Shown here: positions 38,821 through 52,383 of the stretch, in pieces
Numbering within the stretch: the stretch's first letter is position 1
Layout of the letters: every line of letters starts with the position of its first letter
Assembly: GCA_964188305.1 (NCBI GenBank)
Contig: OZ076887.1
Direction: 5' to 3' (one strand)
Origin: Podarcis bocagei
Taxonomy: Eukaryota
Length of the DNA stretch: 64,000 bases
Notes under the pieces: generated by a model
Seen by the model: the letters and a program-made list of their open reading frames with translations, nothing else
Told to the model about the DNA's origin: nothing
Databases searched by the model: none
Position numbers and translations under genes: made by a program

Positions 38821-39699
38821 AGCAAAGCAACCGTGATCTTCTCTCTAGGAGACCACAAAGTTGTGCATCATTTGTTTTAGCATTAGGTGTGGACCAACTC
38901 TACATATTTGGCAGGCAACCTAGGATGTAGTTGCCAAGGTCCGGATTCCTTGAAAATGTTATTTTGTTTGGAAGCTTGACCATTGTTTTAGTATTTTAAA
39001 GTATAATTGTTAAAGCTGAGATATTTCCTAATATTTCAATTTGATGTTATTTAATTTGTTCAAATTAGCCTCCATTTTTAAATGATCACTTGCTGTGTTG
39101 TAACTTATACATGACTCTGCTATATAAATAATTTCTTGATCTCTCATCATAAAATTTATTACTTAACTGGAAGATGACACTGTTATGCTAGGCATCTATG
39201 CTATATTTAGCAGCATATTGTCATAGTATCTGAATATACAACCATCTTGGGATGAAATATTTGAGTGCTTATATTTTCTTTTTTTACCTTGTCATTAACA
39301 GATTGTCATGGGCGGGAGAGCCTTGTTATTTGAATTTTAATTAAGTGGGTGAACTTTTTCTGTTTCATATGCCATTTTAAAATTGTGAACCAAGGTCATC
39401 CCACTTCATTTACATAAATGGAGGAAGCTATTTAGGACCCTTTCAAGGAGAATTACATCTTTAATCTTACTGTGACCTGCAGAAGCTGTAGGAAGGATTT
39501 GCACAGCAGGCATGCTCAATCTCTCTTTTGTCAAGTAGGAAATACCACAACAGCAAGACTGTCATGTAAGGTGTATTTCTCATATGTATTCGATGCAGAT
39601 CTGTCTCTGTATCCACATTTTTTCAGCAGTATATGAGACTGCATAGGTCTTTTTTCTTTTAATTGTAATTTGTGTTCACAAGCTGATGGTATATATATT

Positions 39700-41600
39700 T
39701 GTGGACCCAGGCCCAGAACTCTTGAAGTATACCTCAAGTCTCATCATAAATATTGGTGTAGGTCCTGCCAGAGACCACATTGTATGCTTGAAGGAGGCCA
39801 ACAACACTTTCAGGTCCTTTAATCCCCTGAGTTATCCTAAGGTGGTGGTGAGGAGCAAGTGCTCCAGCAGTAATGGGGGCCAAACAAGTGTAGAAGGCCC
39901 TGCCTGGGGCCACTACCAAACAGACAAAGTTAAGGTGCCCCATGAGGGACTGCACCTTGTGTAGAGTGGCCTTCCTTTGTAGTAGCAACTGTGATCTCTG
40001 AGGCCCCGGGCTTAGACTCAGGGAAGCAGGAGTTCTGAGCTTCAGTGTCCAGATTGATGTTGAGGTAAGGCAATTTAGAGGAAGGGCCCTCAGCCTTACT
40101 GCCAATAGGATGCCAAATTCTGTCACTAACGAGTCAAAAGATGCTAGGAGGGAGTGAAGCTGTGGGCCCCATCATTGGAGAACCGTCCAAATAATGAGTT
40201 ACCTGGTGCACTCCTTACCTGTTCTTCAGTGCCGTTCCAGAAGTGCTAGAGGTTTTGAAGGCTGCATACACAAAGGAGCAGTCCATGTGTGTGGCCTTAT
40301 TGATATATGAGTAGCCATTGTATTTGAAGCCCAGAAAGGTGAAATCTTCTGGGTATACAGGAAGTAGACAAAAGGCACTCTGCCTTGAGGGCACCAGGGC
40401 ATCTGCCCTTAACTTTTCTGCATGGTCAGAGGAGGCATACCACCCTGATCATAGTGTGTGGAGGATAGCATTGTTTACCAATATCCCTTTAAGACAGAAC
40501 AGATGGTGAATTAACCGGTACTTGCCCGGGCCTTCTAGGACACAGTGTCCAAAGGAAACACCTGGAGTTTCTTTAAGGGTGGGGCAGCAAATAGACCAGT
40601 TATCCTGCCTGCAATCTTCTCTTTCTCATTTTTTTCTTGTGGCGATTTTTGGATGCTCGCTGACGGATTTCTGGTTAAGTGACTTGCTGATCTGGGTAAA
40701 TATGAAGGAATGAATATAGGGCCCCTAGTTTGATCAAGGATGGGCCTAAGGAGCACAATGTTTCATTTTTAGGTTCTGTTTCTGGCAATAGGTGTGTACA
40801 AACCAGTATTCTTACATGGGGCCCTGGGGCCAAAGCCCTGGGAACTAAGGAAGGGGAAGTGGGTCTTATTGCAGGAAGTGTGGGGGTGAGGCCTGAGGCA
40901 ACAGGCACAGCCATGAATGAATCTGTATTGTGCCCTGTTGCAAGCTCCTTGATTATATGTGCAACACACCTTGCGGAAGGGATTGCTGCTGTGGGCAGGC
41001 TTGGCCAATTTAGCTGGTTTGGGCTTCTTCTCTACTACTTCTAGCTACGTCAGTGTCTTTCAAGTCACATCTGGAGCAAGAGTTATTAGAAGCCCTCTTG
41101 TGGAACCTGATGTCACACTCCATGGCAGCCATATTGCCTGTCATGGCTTGCAATTTCAAGAGGACACATGGGTAATTCAAAAGGTGACAGCCCCTCTCTG
41201 GGTATGCTGCGGCAATCATACCCAGATACTTTGAGAAGGTGGCCAACCAATGTGTAAAGAGTGCTCAACATGTGTCCTTTTCCCCTTCTTTGTATTATCT
41301 CCCTTTCCCTTCTCCAGCTCTGGGGGCATCAGAGGCACCGTTTTCCTGGTAATACACTAATATATTGCTTTCCTGGTCCAAAGTGAAATATTGCGAGGTG
41401 TTTAGTTCTAAAATTTATCTCACAGAGCAGGTGTGGATAATTCACAGGACCAGCCTTACTATTGTGCAGTGTGAGGAGGCTACCACTGACAGGGGATGCT
41501 GAGGAATGGGAAGCAATGGCCAAGTGCTGGAGCTGTGTGTACCATATGCCCTGCCCTGCATCCGCACCTTGTTCATTCAGGTGCTGTGAAGGCCAGTGCC
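39700..41600 (-). mobile_element. Decayed DIRS tyrosine-recombinase retrotransposon (gag-like plus RT region)
   Basis: Minus-strand motifs in the correct order: gag-like FSKYLGMIAAAYPERGCHLLNY...CDIRFHKRA; Cys/His finger CCTYNQGACNRAQYRFIHGCACCLRPHP; RT GKYRLIHHL; VQSLMGHLNFVCLVVAPGRAF. Many stops and frameshifts. Confidence 0.85.
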
Positions 41601-41843
41601 AATGTTGAAGTAAGACTCAGTTGATAGTAGGGGAGATGCTGTCTTGCCCTTTGTCTTGGACTGGCACTCACCTTCATCATGATTGAAAATATCCTTCAGT
41701 CTGTTCTCATTTTGTTTGTAATAGTGCAAACCTATGCATGTCTAGTAAGGAATTACTCTGAGATAAATGTTTATACATTTGCAGCCTAATGTGAAAATCA
41801 TAATTTGACCCAGATAAGCACAAAACAAAACAAAAAAGGAATA

Positions 41844-42063
41844 CAGTGGTACCTCGAGTTACAGACGCTTCAGATTACAGGCTCCTCTAACCCACAAATA
41901 GTACCTTGGGTTAAGAACTTTGCTTCAGGATGAGAACAGAAATTGTGTGGCAGCGTGGCAGCGGGATGCCCCATTAGCTAAAGTGGTACCTCAGGTTAAG
42001 AACAGTTTCAGGTTAAGAATGGACCTCCAGAACAAATTAAGTTCTTAACTCGAGGTACCACTG
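41844..42063 (+). mobile_element. Tc1/mariner (Tigger-like) MITE, copy 4
   Basis: TIRs cagtggtacctcgagtta / taactcgaggtaccactg, TA TSD. Confidence 0.9.
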
Positions 42064-45000
42064 TATTGGAATTGCATAGTAGTTGTATGAAGGTCCCATG
42101 ACAGATGGTAAATCACCAAAGAAGCTTCTAAATGTGTTGCAAAATTGTTCTTGGATGATCCTGTAGCACACATTTGATATTGGGTGTCTTTTGTTGTGAT
42201 GCAGATTTAGTACTCTCTAACAATATTCCATGATGAAGTAATGGAAATGCTGGAATTCAAGTTATATTTGCCAGATCAAATAACCTCTCTTCTACCCATA
42301 AGCATGACCAACTACTTATTTTAAAATAATATGTGCAAGCACTTGTTTGTTGTATAAACATCTAGTATTGGCATTCTCATGATGAGATGAGTCACCTCTC
42401 CATGTTGCTGATGTACCAACTGGATGGCAGAATTAGTCAACTATATTGTTTCTTCATCTTCTCTAGCCATTCCCAGAATTCAGAGTTCTGTTTTGTTTTT
42501 ACATTTCTTAAATGTCTTCATAACTGCTTTGTAAGGATACTTGATTCCTGAGTGAATGTAAGCCAGATAATTATATATAGCCAGTAAAACTACTCTGTTG
42601 TTTTACAAAAGCAGGGTTGGATGAATATTCCAGTTACCAAATGTTCTGTTCAGGTATAATTGCAGTGTTATTCTATACAGATTTTCTCAGAAGTATGTCC
42701 TGTGTTCAACAGGACTTAACTTCTAGGTAAGTGTGTATGAGATTGAAGTCTATACTTCTGGGTAGGCAAGCATAAGATTGCACTGATGATTTTTAAGCAA
42801 ACAGGCAAACATTTTTATTCTACCTGCTTTCCATGGTTTTCAATTTGACATTGTACATTTTTACTTTGTTTTCATTATAATGTTCCATTTAGAGTGATTT
42901 TTTTGCATTTTCCTTTTTTATAAAATGCCTTGAAGGTGCATATTAGGGCCAAAGGCTGTAGAAAAATTTAAAATAATTTGGCTTATTATACCAATATATG
43001 TTCGCCCAAAGCAGGTCAGTGTGAGTGTTCTTAAAAGGCAAATAAGAATAAGGCTGTTTGTTTGAAGTCCCTTAAATAGAACTTTAGTTTCATTCATTTC
43101 AGCCTGAAAAGGCAAATGTGTATTGAATTAGGTACAAACCTAGGAAGTTTCGAAGAAATTGATCTGCCTATTGTTCAAACCAATTTTCTGCTGCTTTTCT
43201 CCTCAGTAAATTGAGTAGGCAGTAATACTCTCATCATTTCTGATATTTTATTTATTTGAGAAATGTCAAAATTTCCCTTTTGATCTATCTGCTTCACCAC
43301 CCAGGCTATTCATCCCCCAATTCCTTCAGCTTAATCTAATCACTAATCAATTTCTTCCAGTCCCCCCCACCACCACACCTTTCTTTCTACCTGATTTCCA
43401 TTCCATCCTTGCCAGGACTGGCCACAGGACTGGGCAATAACGGCTTTGCAACATTGTAATATACTGCCAGCTAAACATTGTGATATGGCAATATATCATG
43501 ATTTCGGAAAGGAGGTGGGAAGGAAGAAGGCAGTTGCCGGCCACCATGTGCAGTTTCTGCCTCTTCCAAAGCACCTCCTTCTCCAGATCCCACCATTGCT
43601 CATGTCAAGGTAGCGGTGGATGAGGCTGGCATACGAATGCTCCTCCTGGGCAAAAATCATTGGCTGGAGTGTCATTCTTGCTGTTGGGGGAATTGCTTCC
43701 CTTGAAGTGCAGGGTATGGAGTCAGGGAGTGGAAGGGAAGCATACTTCACACCACTGGTCTTCTCCATCAACAGTGTGTGGAGGGCAACAATAGTGTCGG
43801 ATCCAACAGCCCCAGAGGGCAGGCAAATCCTTCACATGGCCATCTAGAGCAGCACGAAGCAACCAAATAACACCCCCCCCCAGACACACTTTGCAAATCT
43901 TCTGTCTTACACGAAGCTGCAATGCTAACCCTGTTTACAGTAGGAAACAAATAGAGCCCCCAGGTTCAGGAACAGTCTACCTCTCAATACCAGGTGGGGG
44001 TGTATATGACATTTTCTTGTTTGCCTCAGGTGCCAAAATGCCTTAAGCTGGCTAGGCCAGAAGTTATTTGCCTTCCACTTCCCTGTGCTTTTAGGACACA
44101 TATTATTTTAGAAGCAACAGTGACCAAGTATAGGTGATGAATATTGTTATTTACCTATAAACCTGCATTTCAATGATTGCTGGATTTTTAACTGGTGCCT
44201 GGCTTGCTCAGTAACATATTTATTATTAATTTTTGTCCATATTAAAAACTCAAAGTTGTGGGAGGGAAATTCCAGAGCTGAGCCTGTCGTCCACCTCAGG
44301 AGTTTTCCAATCACCCTCGGCTCCCCAATCCACTTCTCTCCAGATCTGGCTATAGGCAAGGTGCTTTTTTCTGTCAGACTCCATTCTGATTTGCAGAATT
44401 GCCACACACACTTCCAGCATAAATCTCCAGCACACACATCACACACACACCAGGCAGGTGGAGCTACTAATTCAGACAGTGTCAAGTCCTATTCCTGCTT
44501 TTTTTTTTTTTGCCTGATTAAAAATCGTTGGGTGCTTCCTTTACCAGGAGTGCGGGAAATACTGGGACATATTTGCTTTATGTTGTGTTTTATGTTATGC
44601 AATGTTAACTAAACAGCCTCTTTTCTAGGGAGAGCATTGTGAGGGAAGACAGGTGCCTTGAGAAAAGGGGAGGAGAATAAAAAAAAATGAAGGAGGGGAG
44701 AAACAATGAAGCAGAGCAGATTTAGGGGTTATTAGAACAAGGGAGAATCAGCTTTGCCAGGAAACGGGAGACATATAGGCGAGAGACTTCTTTTCTTTTC
44801 TTTTCTTTTCAAATGAGGGCACATGATGCTGTAAACTGGGATTGCATTCTCTTCTGTCTGCCTAGGTATCTGCTGAGAACAAATCCAAGTCACACACACA
44901 GAGAGAGCCAGTCAGAACTGTTCCTAACACTTAGCTGAACATTCCCTCCTGGTTGAACAGTTTAGGTAGGAGAGAAAAGAAGGATAGCATGGATATTTTC

Positions 45001-45110
45001 TTTTAAACCATCTCTTTTGTCTGAGGATCCAAAATGAATGATGTTGACAAACGGAAGCCTCCTCTAATCCCTGCTTTTTAAAGGGGGCTTGATATAGCTG
45101 GACTAGCTCA

Positions 45111-45457
45111 GTGTGTGTGTGTGTGTGTGAGAGAGAGAGGGGGGGGCTATATATAGTGACTTGAAACTATAGTGTAGTGCGTAGTGTAGCTACAGAAGAC
45201 AAGAGCCAGGCTTCAGGACTCACCAGATAATTCTACTGGGTAGCTGTAGTAGTGCAGTTTAAGATTACTGTGCACGTTTATGAATGGGACATCCAAGCAT
45301 AGATTTTTCTCTCACCTCTCTGGAGAGTGACGGGACTCTGAAAGTGCTTCTTCTCAAGGAGAAACATTTGCAGATCCTCGCCACCAGAAGCTGAAGCAGG
45401 AAGCCACCGAGGCCGGAGAGGGGCGGCTGCTAGAGGAGGAGAAGCAGTCTATTGGCA
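45111..45457 (+). promoter_or_regulatory. Candidate internal TATA promoter and first exon C
   Basis: (TG)n(GA)n, then ctatatatag at 45147-45156, followed by purine- and CpG-richer unique sequence and donor GCA|gtaagc at 45457/45458; upstream GGGAAATTCC (44264-44273) and two CCAAT boxes near 44306-44330. Confidence 0.35.
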
Positions 45458-47001
45458 GTAAGCCTCAGCAGCTGTGGCAGTGGTCTCAGCAGCATAACCT
45501 GCTGCTTCTGAATTCTGCCAGCTGAGGCAGTTGCCTCATGCCGTGTCATGGGTGGGCTGGCCCTGATCCTTGCAAGTTTGCAGGTTTCAATACTGGAGTT
45601 AAAAGAACTTTTTATTTTTTGTCTACAAAGATCAATCTGGTTAGAGTGAAAAATGTGTATTTTAATAGTCCCCCCCCCCAATGCTTTTTGATGCATAGTC
45701 ATTAATAACAGCTGAAGTTGTTATATCACACACGTATGCAAGATGCATGTAACTTCATTCTACTGACCTAGTTCCTAATGCTGTTTATACACATCCCCAA
45801 ATCAGCTGCAGTGTGTTCAGTAAAGCCAAGGATTAGCAGAGCAAGAGAGTTGAATTGTCAGGATCCAGATGCATGGCTAGAGTTATTTTGGGAAATCTGT
45901 ATGGTGCCTTTTACACTATGCTTGACTCCAGCTAAAGCTTTTAATCCCCCATTTGTATTACCACCAGACTCTCACACAGTTGGGAGAAATTCACATTTCA
46001 CTTGAAAGGTGGCTGCAACTTATTTCCAATATTCCTGGGTGAAATGTATGAGAAGTTCCTCTTTCTCTAATGAGCATGACCCACTGGACACAGTGTGGGA
46101 CAAAGTTCCAAAAGAAGGGCATATATAGCTATAAAAATGAATTTAAATATGATTAAAGTGCTTCATACAATCCATATTTTTGTGGTTGGCATAAGGCGGG
46201 TGGCATGCAGATGGATAGACATGCTGCCAGCATCTGAAAGAATCATTTTCCTGGGTTATTTGCAGTTCCATCACTTACAAATCCTGATCAGAAAATAGTG
46301 GTGACTATTCAAAAGATTCACTGTGCTTTTCATGAATCTGCTTATAAGATATGAACAAGTATTACGAACTCTTCACATCTCTATTCTCATTAAACCTCCA
46401 CTTCTTTGTATCAAGCTGTCGGCAACAACAAAAGGCATGCATGAGCCAGACCATCTGTATTACCTTATTTTAGCTTTTTCTTGCACCAAACTCTCCGTTA
46501 CTGCAAGCAAAATGTATGTGCACGCCAAGAATGGCAATTTAAATCTCATATTGCTATGTGGATGCTGCAGAACCACTCCTGCACCCCCTAGGAATGTCGG
46601 GGGAGAGAGAGAGGACCGGGGGGGGGGATGTGACTGCTGCACTGTGAGCCCAAGAAAAATAATTCTTTGAGTCTCAGGGTAGGGCCTGGAGGGAGAAAGG
46701 AGGGCAAGACAGGAAAAAGGAAATGGAGGGAACCAAATTGGATGATGTGCAGGAAGTTGAAGGAGAGAAGCCCTCTGCAAGCAGTCAGTTCTGACTGTCT
46801 TAATGGAGTGGTGCTGGAGATATAGAAGGTTGGGTGGGGGAGCAGAGACAGCAATAAAGACTCCCCTTAGTTGTCTTATATTGTAACCTAATTTGTGTGC
46901 ACCTTCCATTAGAGATGTAAACAGCGTATCAACTAACAATTTGCTTTTGAAGCTTGTTAAAGAAATGGAGCATGTTTTCCACTATAAGGCTTCCATAATA
47001 T

Positions 47002-47640
47002 TGTTACAAGCCACCCCAATCTCTATAGCAGTGTGAGATTGCAGAGGTCCCAGGCGAGCTAACCCAGGGGCTGTGCTTCCTTTTGGAAAAATGAGGCACA
47101 GCGGAGACTTTGGTGTCTTTATGATATATGGATTATTTACACATATATGCAACCTGATGCCTAGCTAGAGGGGGATTCGGAGCATCACTTTGAAAGAGGT
47201 TTGTGTTTCTCCCCTCATTGCAGCCTTGCAGCTCAGCAGCAAAGCAGCCATCTCTAATTCCCAACTTCCTCCTGTCAGCTGGCATCACACTGGTCCCTCC
47301 CCCCTTAAGCTTTCATTGTCACTGCTTTTCTAACGCAAAGGCAACACTCCTTTGATGTGCTAATGACTCATTATCCCCAGGCCATCACCTCAAAGGAAAT
47401 TAGGCTGAGTTAATTAACTTTTACACTTGTCTTACACTTGTTCATTCCATGGACTTAAGGATGGCTGGCACCCTGCTCAGCACACAGGGTCTGAGAAATA
47501 GCCTTCACACATGCTTTGAATAGGTTACATGACCTATTACACACATGTGTGTGAAAACAGGATATCAGACCCATGTCTGGGTCTAGTTAAATTATGACAT
47601 TTATTGAACCCAGCCATTTAGCACCCACAGCCCTATAACA
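47002..47640 (-). mobile_element. Solo LTR (ERV1- or Gypsy-type), 639 bp
   Basis: tgtta...taaca termini (TG..CA) with 4-bp TSD atat at 46998-47001 and 47641-47644; orientation tentative. Confidence 0.7.
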
Positions 47641-48653
47641 ATATGGACAAATCTGCTGTGATGCAGTTCACCTCTTACACTCACTGACATGGGGACAGGT
47701 GATTCCCCTACTACACAATTAACAAAAGGGGCAGGCAGGGTTTGCAGTAAGGGAAGTATTATTTGAGACAGGGACTTAAGAATCTCATTGCATAGACCAT
47801 TTATAGCATTCTAAGAAACTGCAGAATGCCTTTTTCAAATCAGATCAAATCTCCCAGAAGATGATTCAAACCGTATATAGTGGCATTATGTCATAGTCAT
47901 CAAAGGGTTGAAATTGAGGATTATTTAATTTACAGGGTGAAAGGCAAGATGATGGTGTTCAAATCAAATGGTAACAGCTGAGTTACTTTCTGAATCTATT
48001 CCAGTTCTATTTAACCTTTGTATGATGGAAGGCTGGCCATCTTTGAAAGGAAATAGATCTAGATTGGGTGGAGGGGTGTTCCCTTTGAAACTTCCTCTGT
48101 GGATTTGTTTGAAGCTGAAATTAAGTGAAAACATCTAATTCTCTTTGATTGTGATTTAAAAAATGAGAACAATTAGGGCTAAGATTGCACTGTAGTATGG
48201 ATAGATACTTGAGGATAATGTAGAGGATAGTCTTTATTATAATCTTTGCTGTTTCCATTTATTTGTGACACTAAGCCTCCATTCTATATTTTTGCTGCTG
48301 AAGTTGGAAATTTTATATTTTCTATATTGGAAAGGGCTTTAGCTATGCACAATAAAGCTGACTGACTTACTGCTGTAATGCTAGGAAACTTTAATGATTA
48401 TTACCGAAGTCAAGCGTGGAGCTAGCTTTACTAAGCAGACTCTGAGCACTTGTTAGCAGGGATGTGCAAATTCCCTTTGGTTCACTCTGCAAATAAATTA
48501 GGCTTTGAGTGTTCCAATCAAATTTCTCAAACACTTCAGAGGTGTTTCCCCTGTCTGCTATCCAACCCACTCTTTTCCCAAGGCACAAAAGGAGGGGGAA
48601 AGCTTGGAGCAGACGTCCTGCAACTCTTCTTCACCGTAAATGAGAGCCCTGTT

Positions 48654-48735
48654 TCATAGAATTATAGAATTGCAGAGTTGGAAGGGACTCCAAGGGTCAT
48701 CTAGTCCAATCTCCCGCAGTGCTGGAATCACAGCC
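48654..48735 (-). mobile_element. CR1 3' tail fragment
   Basis: tcatagaattatagaattgcagagttggaagggactccaagggtcatctagtccaa. Confidence 0.7.
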
Positions 48736-49775
48736 AAAGAACCCCCAACATGTAGCTCTCCAATCTTTAGCCAGCAAAGTATGTTTTTAGTACCTAAGTT
48801 CAGGACGATATTCGGACATTATCACTGTGCCTTGGCGTGCATGGAACCTAGGAATCAACTTTGTTATTTGAATTTTTATGTTGTGCCGTTGTATCCCAGC
48901 ATCTTTTTAACCTTTAGGCGGCAAGATTATTCATCATTACTCTCAGAAATGTCTGCAACTTTATTATTGAGTTACAAAAGGATTGATGGCTCAAATTCCT
49001 TGACATTTCATTACAAATAATTGCATTTCTAAGTGCAGAATATTGTGTGCCTTGAAGGCTGGCTTATTAGGAGAAGCCCAACACTTGGGTGCTTTTGGTA
49101 AATGACAACTAAAGTGAAGCAACAGCTGGGGTTTTGAGAAGGCACTGTTTTCCAATCCACCTTGCATTTATTGCACCTTGTATTTCCAAACCACCTTGTA
49201 TATATATGCAGCACTGTTTCCATTCTGAGGTAATTTGTCTTCCACCCAAAACTATGCTATTAGTCTCACTGTGGCGAAATTACATAGCTTAATCAATTTA
49301 TGTAAATTGTGTAAATGGTGTAAGTTATGTCGTCTGTATGTCATTCCACCCCATTCACTTAAATGCAAAAGAAACAGTTCAAATGGTGGGGATGGGGTGT
49401 AATCAATCATATAATGTTTGCAGACTGAAAGCAACAGTGAATACAAATCATATTTGCTGGGTTGATTTCTGTTCCAGGTATGGAACAAATAAGCAAACAC
49501 AGATACTTTCTGCTCCCATTTCTGTTTTTGGCAGAATTCTTTTACATCCCTAGTAGCAACCACAGTGAGTGGGATTCCAGTACACACAGTGAGGCTCCCT
49601 TTAAAGACTGGTCTGATATCTCCTGTATTGCAGAGGTGCTCCATGGGAAAGTGTTCCATGAATCCACCCCTTGACTCAAGGAAAAGGAGGATACTGAGGA
49701 TGTTCTTACAATTCTGTTCAGCCAAGCATAGGACCAAGCATTAGGTATCATGCTCTCAAGAAAGAGGCATTGAGT

Positions 49776-49957
49776 CAGGGCTGGCTGTCCATGAGGTGGG
49801 CTGAGGTAGCTGCCTCTGGCAGAGAAGTGGTGCCAGCAGCAGCTTCCAGCAATATCTCACCAGAACTCGCTGCCATTGCTGGCACTGCCATGCAACCAAG
49901 GTAAGGGAGGCTAGAGCAGTGGCGCTTCAGGTGGCGAAACAGGATGAGCCGCTCCTG
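49776..49957. mobile_element. hAT-type MITE inserted in an older repeat
   Basis: TIR-like cagggctggct / agccgctcctg; partial TSD cattgagt / gttagagt. Confidence 0.5.
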
Positions 49958-49959
49958 GT

Positions 49960-50150
49960 TAGAGTCCTCCACAGATACACAATTTCACATCTTTTGGTGT
50001 TGAAGAAAGGAGATGGATCCCTTAGTATTGTCCCCCTCACTCTCATTCCCATCCTTATATGTGGTGAGATGTCTGAGCTGTTGCTCACGGGTCATGTACC
50101 ATGTGGAGACAGTCTCCTCTTGGATATGGATGCTCTATAGACACAGAATT
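49960..50150 (+). mobile_element. Possible DIRS RT fragment, highly decayed
   Basis: SHLLVLKKGDGSL and YHVETVSSWI resemble SxLFLVPKKDGSLR and FxMETxxSVI. Confidence 0.35.
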
Positions 50151-52029
50151 AATCAAGCATGCAGCATTAGTGCTATTTAGCTATGTCTCTCTCAGTGAAT
50201 ATTTCCCAAAATACGATGGTTCTTGTTGTAAAAGTTTAATCTTGCAGCATGTATTTAGTGCCTGCCTTGTCATACACTCTCCCTCAGCATACACTATGGA
50301 AGCTAAAACATTTGTTTGGCTTCTTTGGCCGCCCTCCTTTGCTCCTTACCCGAGGTTCTCGCAGCCTCCTTGCAATCTTGTAATTAGCTTCTGTGAAAAC
50401 AGAGAGGCTTGGAACATATAGATAAATGGAGACAGGTTGCTGACTCATCCTGAAAGCCAGACTGGACAAATCCTATTAGTTCTGAATAAATAATATCAAA
50501 AAGAGCATAGGAGGCAAAGGAGAGAGAAAAATCAAGGTAAATCTCCTGGTACAACCTATGATTGGCGGGGGAGGGGGGAGAGACAGAGTGACGTTATTCT
50601 TCTCTGTACTGGAAATAAAATTATTTGCAAAGGAAGACTCAAAGGAAAAGATAAATTTGTTAAGCTCAAATTTGAAATTCCGCTTCCTTATATAAACAGT
50701 TTCTACACTACTGACCATGAGCTCTGTGTGGCTCTATTTTGGGGGACATAGAAGAATTTGTTGAAAATCTAAAAACAGAACTGTCTGCAAAATTTCAGAA
50801 TGACTGTCTCCAAGGGTGGTGGGTGGGAGAGGTGACTTATGTCAAAGCAGAATGGCATGGAATCATATTGGAATACATCGTTTAATTTACATTTGCTTTA
50901 CTAACAGTATTTGTCTTCATGTGCTACAAGTGTCCATTCAAGTATCTGTGGTATAATACAGATTCTGTATGCAAATATTAAAAAGCTGAATTGTATCCAG
51001 TCTGATGCTCAGCTGATGTCAAGGCTTCTGTCAGTGGAACATGGAGGGAAGCAATTGTGGGCTATTTCTCCTTCGCCTGGATTTGATTCTTAGGTTTATA
51101 GAGGTAAGCTAAATTTCCAGCCACATCTCAGAGGTTTCCACACACACAGGTTGGGGATGCCTGCCTACCTCTCTCCTCATTGCCTCTTGCTTGCCACATG
51201 GAGAAAGAGGTAGAACTTCATCACAGTTTAAGGGCATATTCTAGCCAGACAGACGCACTCAGGGAATTTGTGGAGCATGGCCAGTGAGGTTGGGGAACCA
51301 CATGTGATTCCTGCATCGCAGGGGGCTGACTAGATTACCCCCAGGCTAACTTCCAACTCTGATTCTACAGTGTGATCTTGGGATAGGAGGTGAGATCAAT
51401 GGAGGGCCCCGAGGGCCAGCTAGAGAGGTCTTGAAGTCTCAATTTGGCCCCTGACTCTGTGGTTCTCCATGCCCTGGGCTATGAACATGCTGAAAGCCTA
51501 TTTACAGCCCCAGATGACTACATTTAAGGGTTGTTGCTAAGCTGGGTGCTCCAGTCATTTATCTCCCTGCTACATGTAGGCATAACATGTAGGTTGGTTC
51601 CAAGTTTGTGCTTGCATGTCCAATGTCCATGTGAAGGATTAGACTAAGCACTTATTCGTTTTATTTTAAAATACAAATAGTTCATCAATTGATGTTCTAG
51701 CTTCAAACATTTTCCCTGATAATCTTTGTGGAGAGATCTCTTCCACGTTGTAATATATTGCTTCTTATACTGTTCTGTAGCCTGGGCCAAGCATGAGGAC
51801 ATTAACTTTTCACTAAGCAATGGCTGCTGTGAATAATGACTTCAGCTCTCAATGTGTCCTTTTGTATGAGACAGGCAGGTATGGTGCCAGGTATGAGGTA
51901 ATTGTAACCCAAAGGGAAACTACTGCAGTGAGTTATGGTATTATGAAGGGAAACCTGAAGGACTAAAAACAGATCTTCTGCAGCACTATGACAATTTTGT
52001 GTGTGTGTCTTCAAGAGATACATGAAAGT

Positions 52030-52350
52030 AAAAAAGGATGCCTGCTGAAATAGAGTTCCACAACATGGGATGGCCAACACTAAATGCCCAACCCCTAGTG
52101 GTGACCTATAGGACCTCTGTAACACAGGGAACAACTAGCAGTGCTCCTCTAGTTGATCTCAATGATCAGGCTGGGATATAAGAGCTCAGGTGTTCCTTAG
52201 GTTATATTGGTCCCAAGTTCTTCAGAGCTTTGTGTGTCAACACAAGAACCTTGAACCTGGCCTGAAAACATATGGACAGCCCGTGCGTATGTTTTAGCCA
52301 AGATATCACATGTTATCATCCATCTATTCCCATCAACAGCTGAGCTGCTG
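52030..52350 (-). mobile_element. L2-clade LINE fragment
   Basis: agagttccacaacatggg...ccaacactaaatgccc...ttccttaggttatattggtcccaag...accttgaacctggcc, typical reverse L2 motifs. Confidence 0.6.
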
Positions 52351-52383
52351 CATATGTGGTCAAACAGGAGATAAATGTTAAAG

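Noticed and set aside
49252-49737. 161-aa minus-strand ORF (similarly the 159-aa ORF at 46460-46939)
   Set aside because: No recognisable domain and no supporting exon structure; ORFs of this size are expected by chance.
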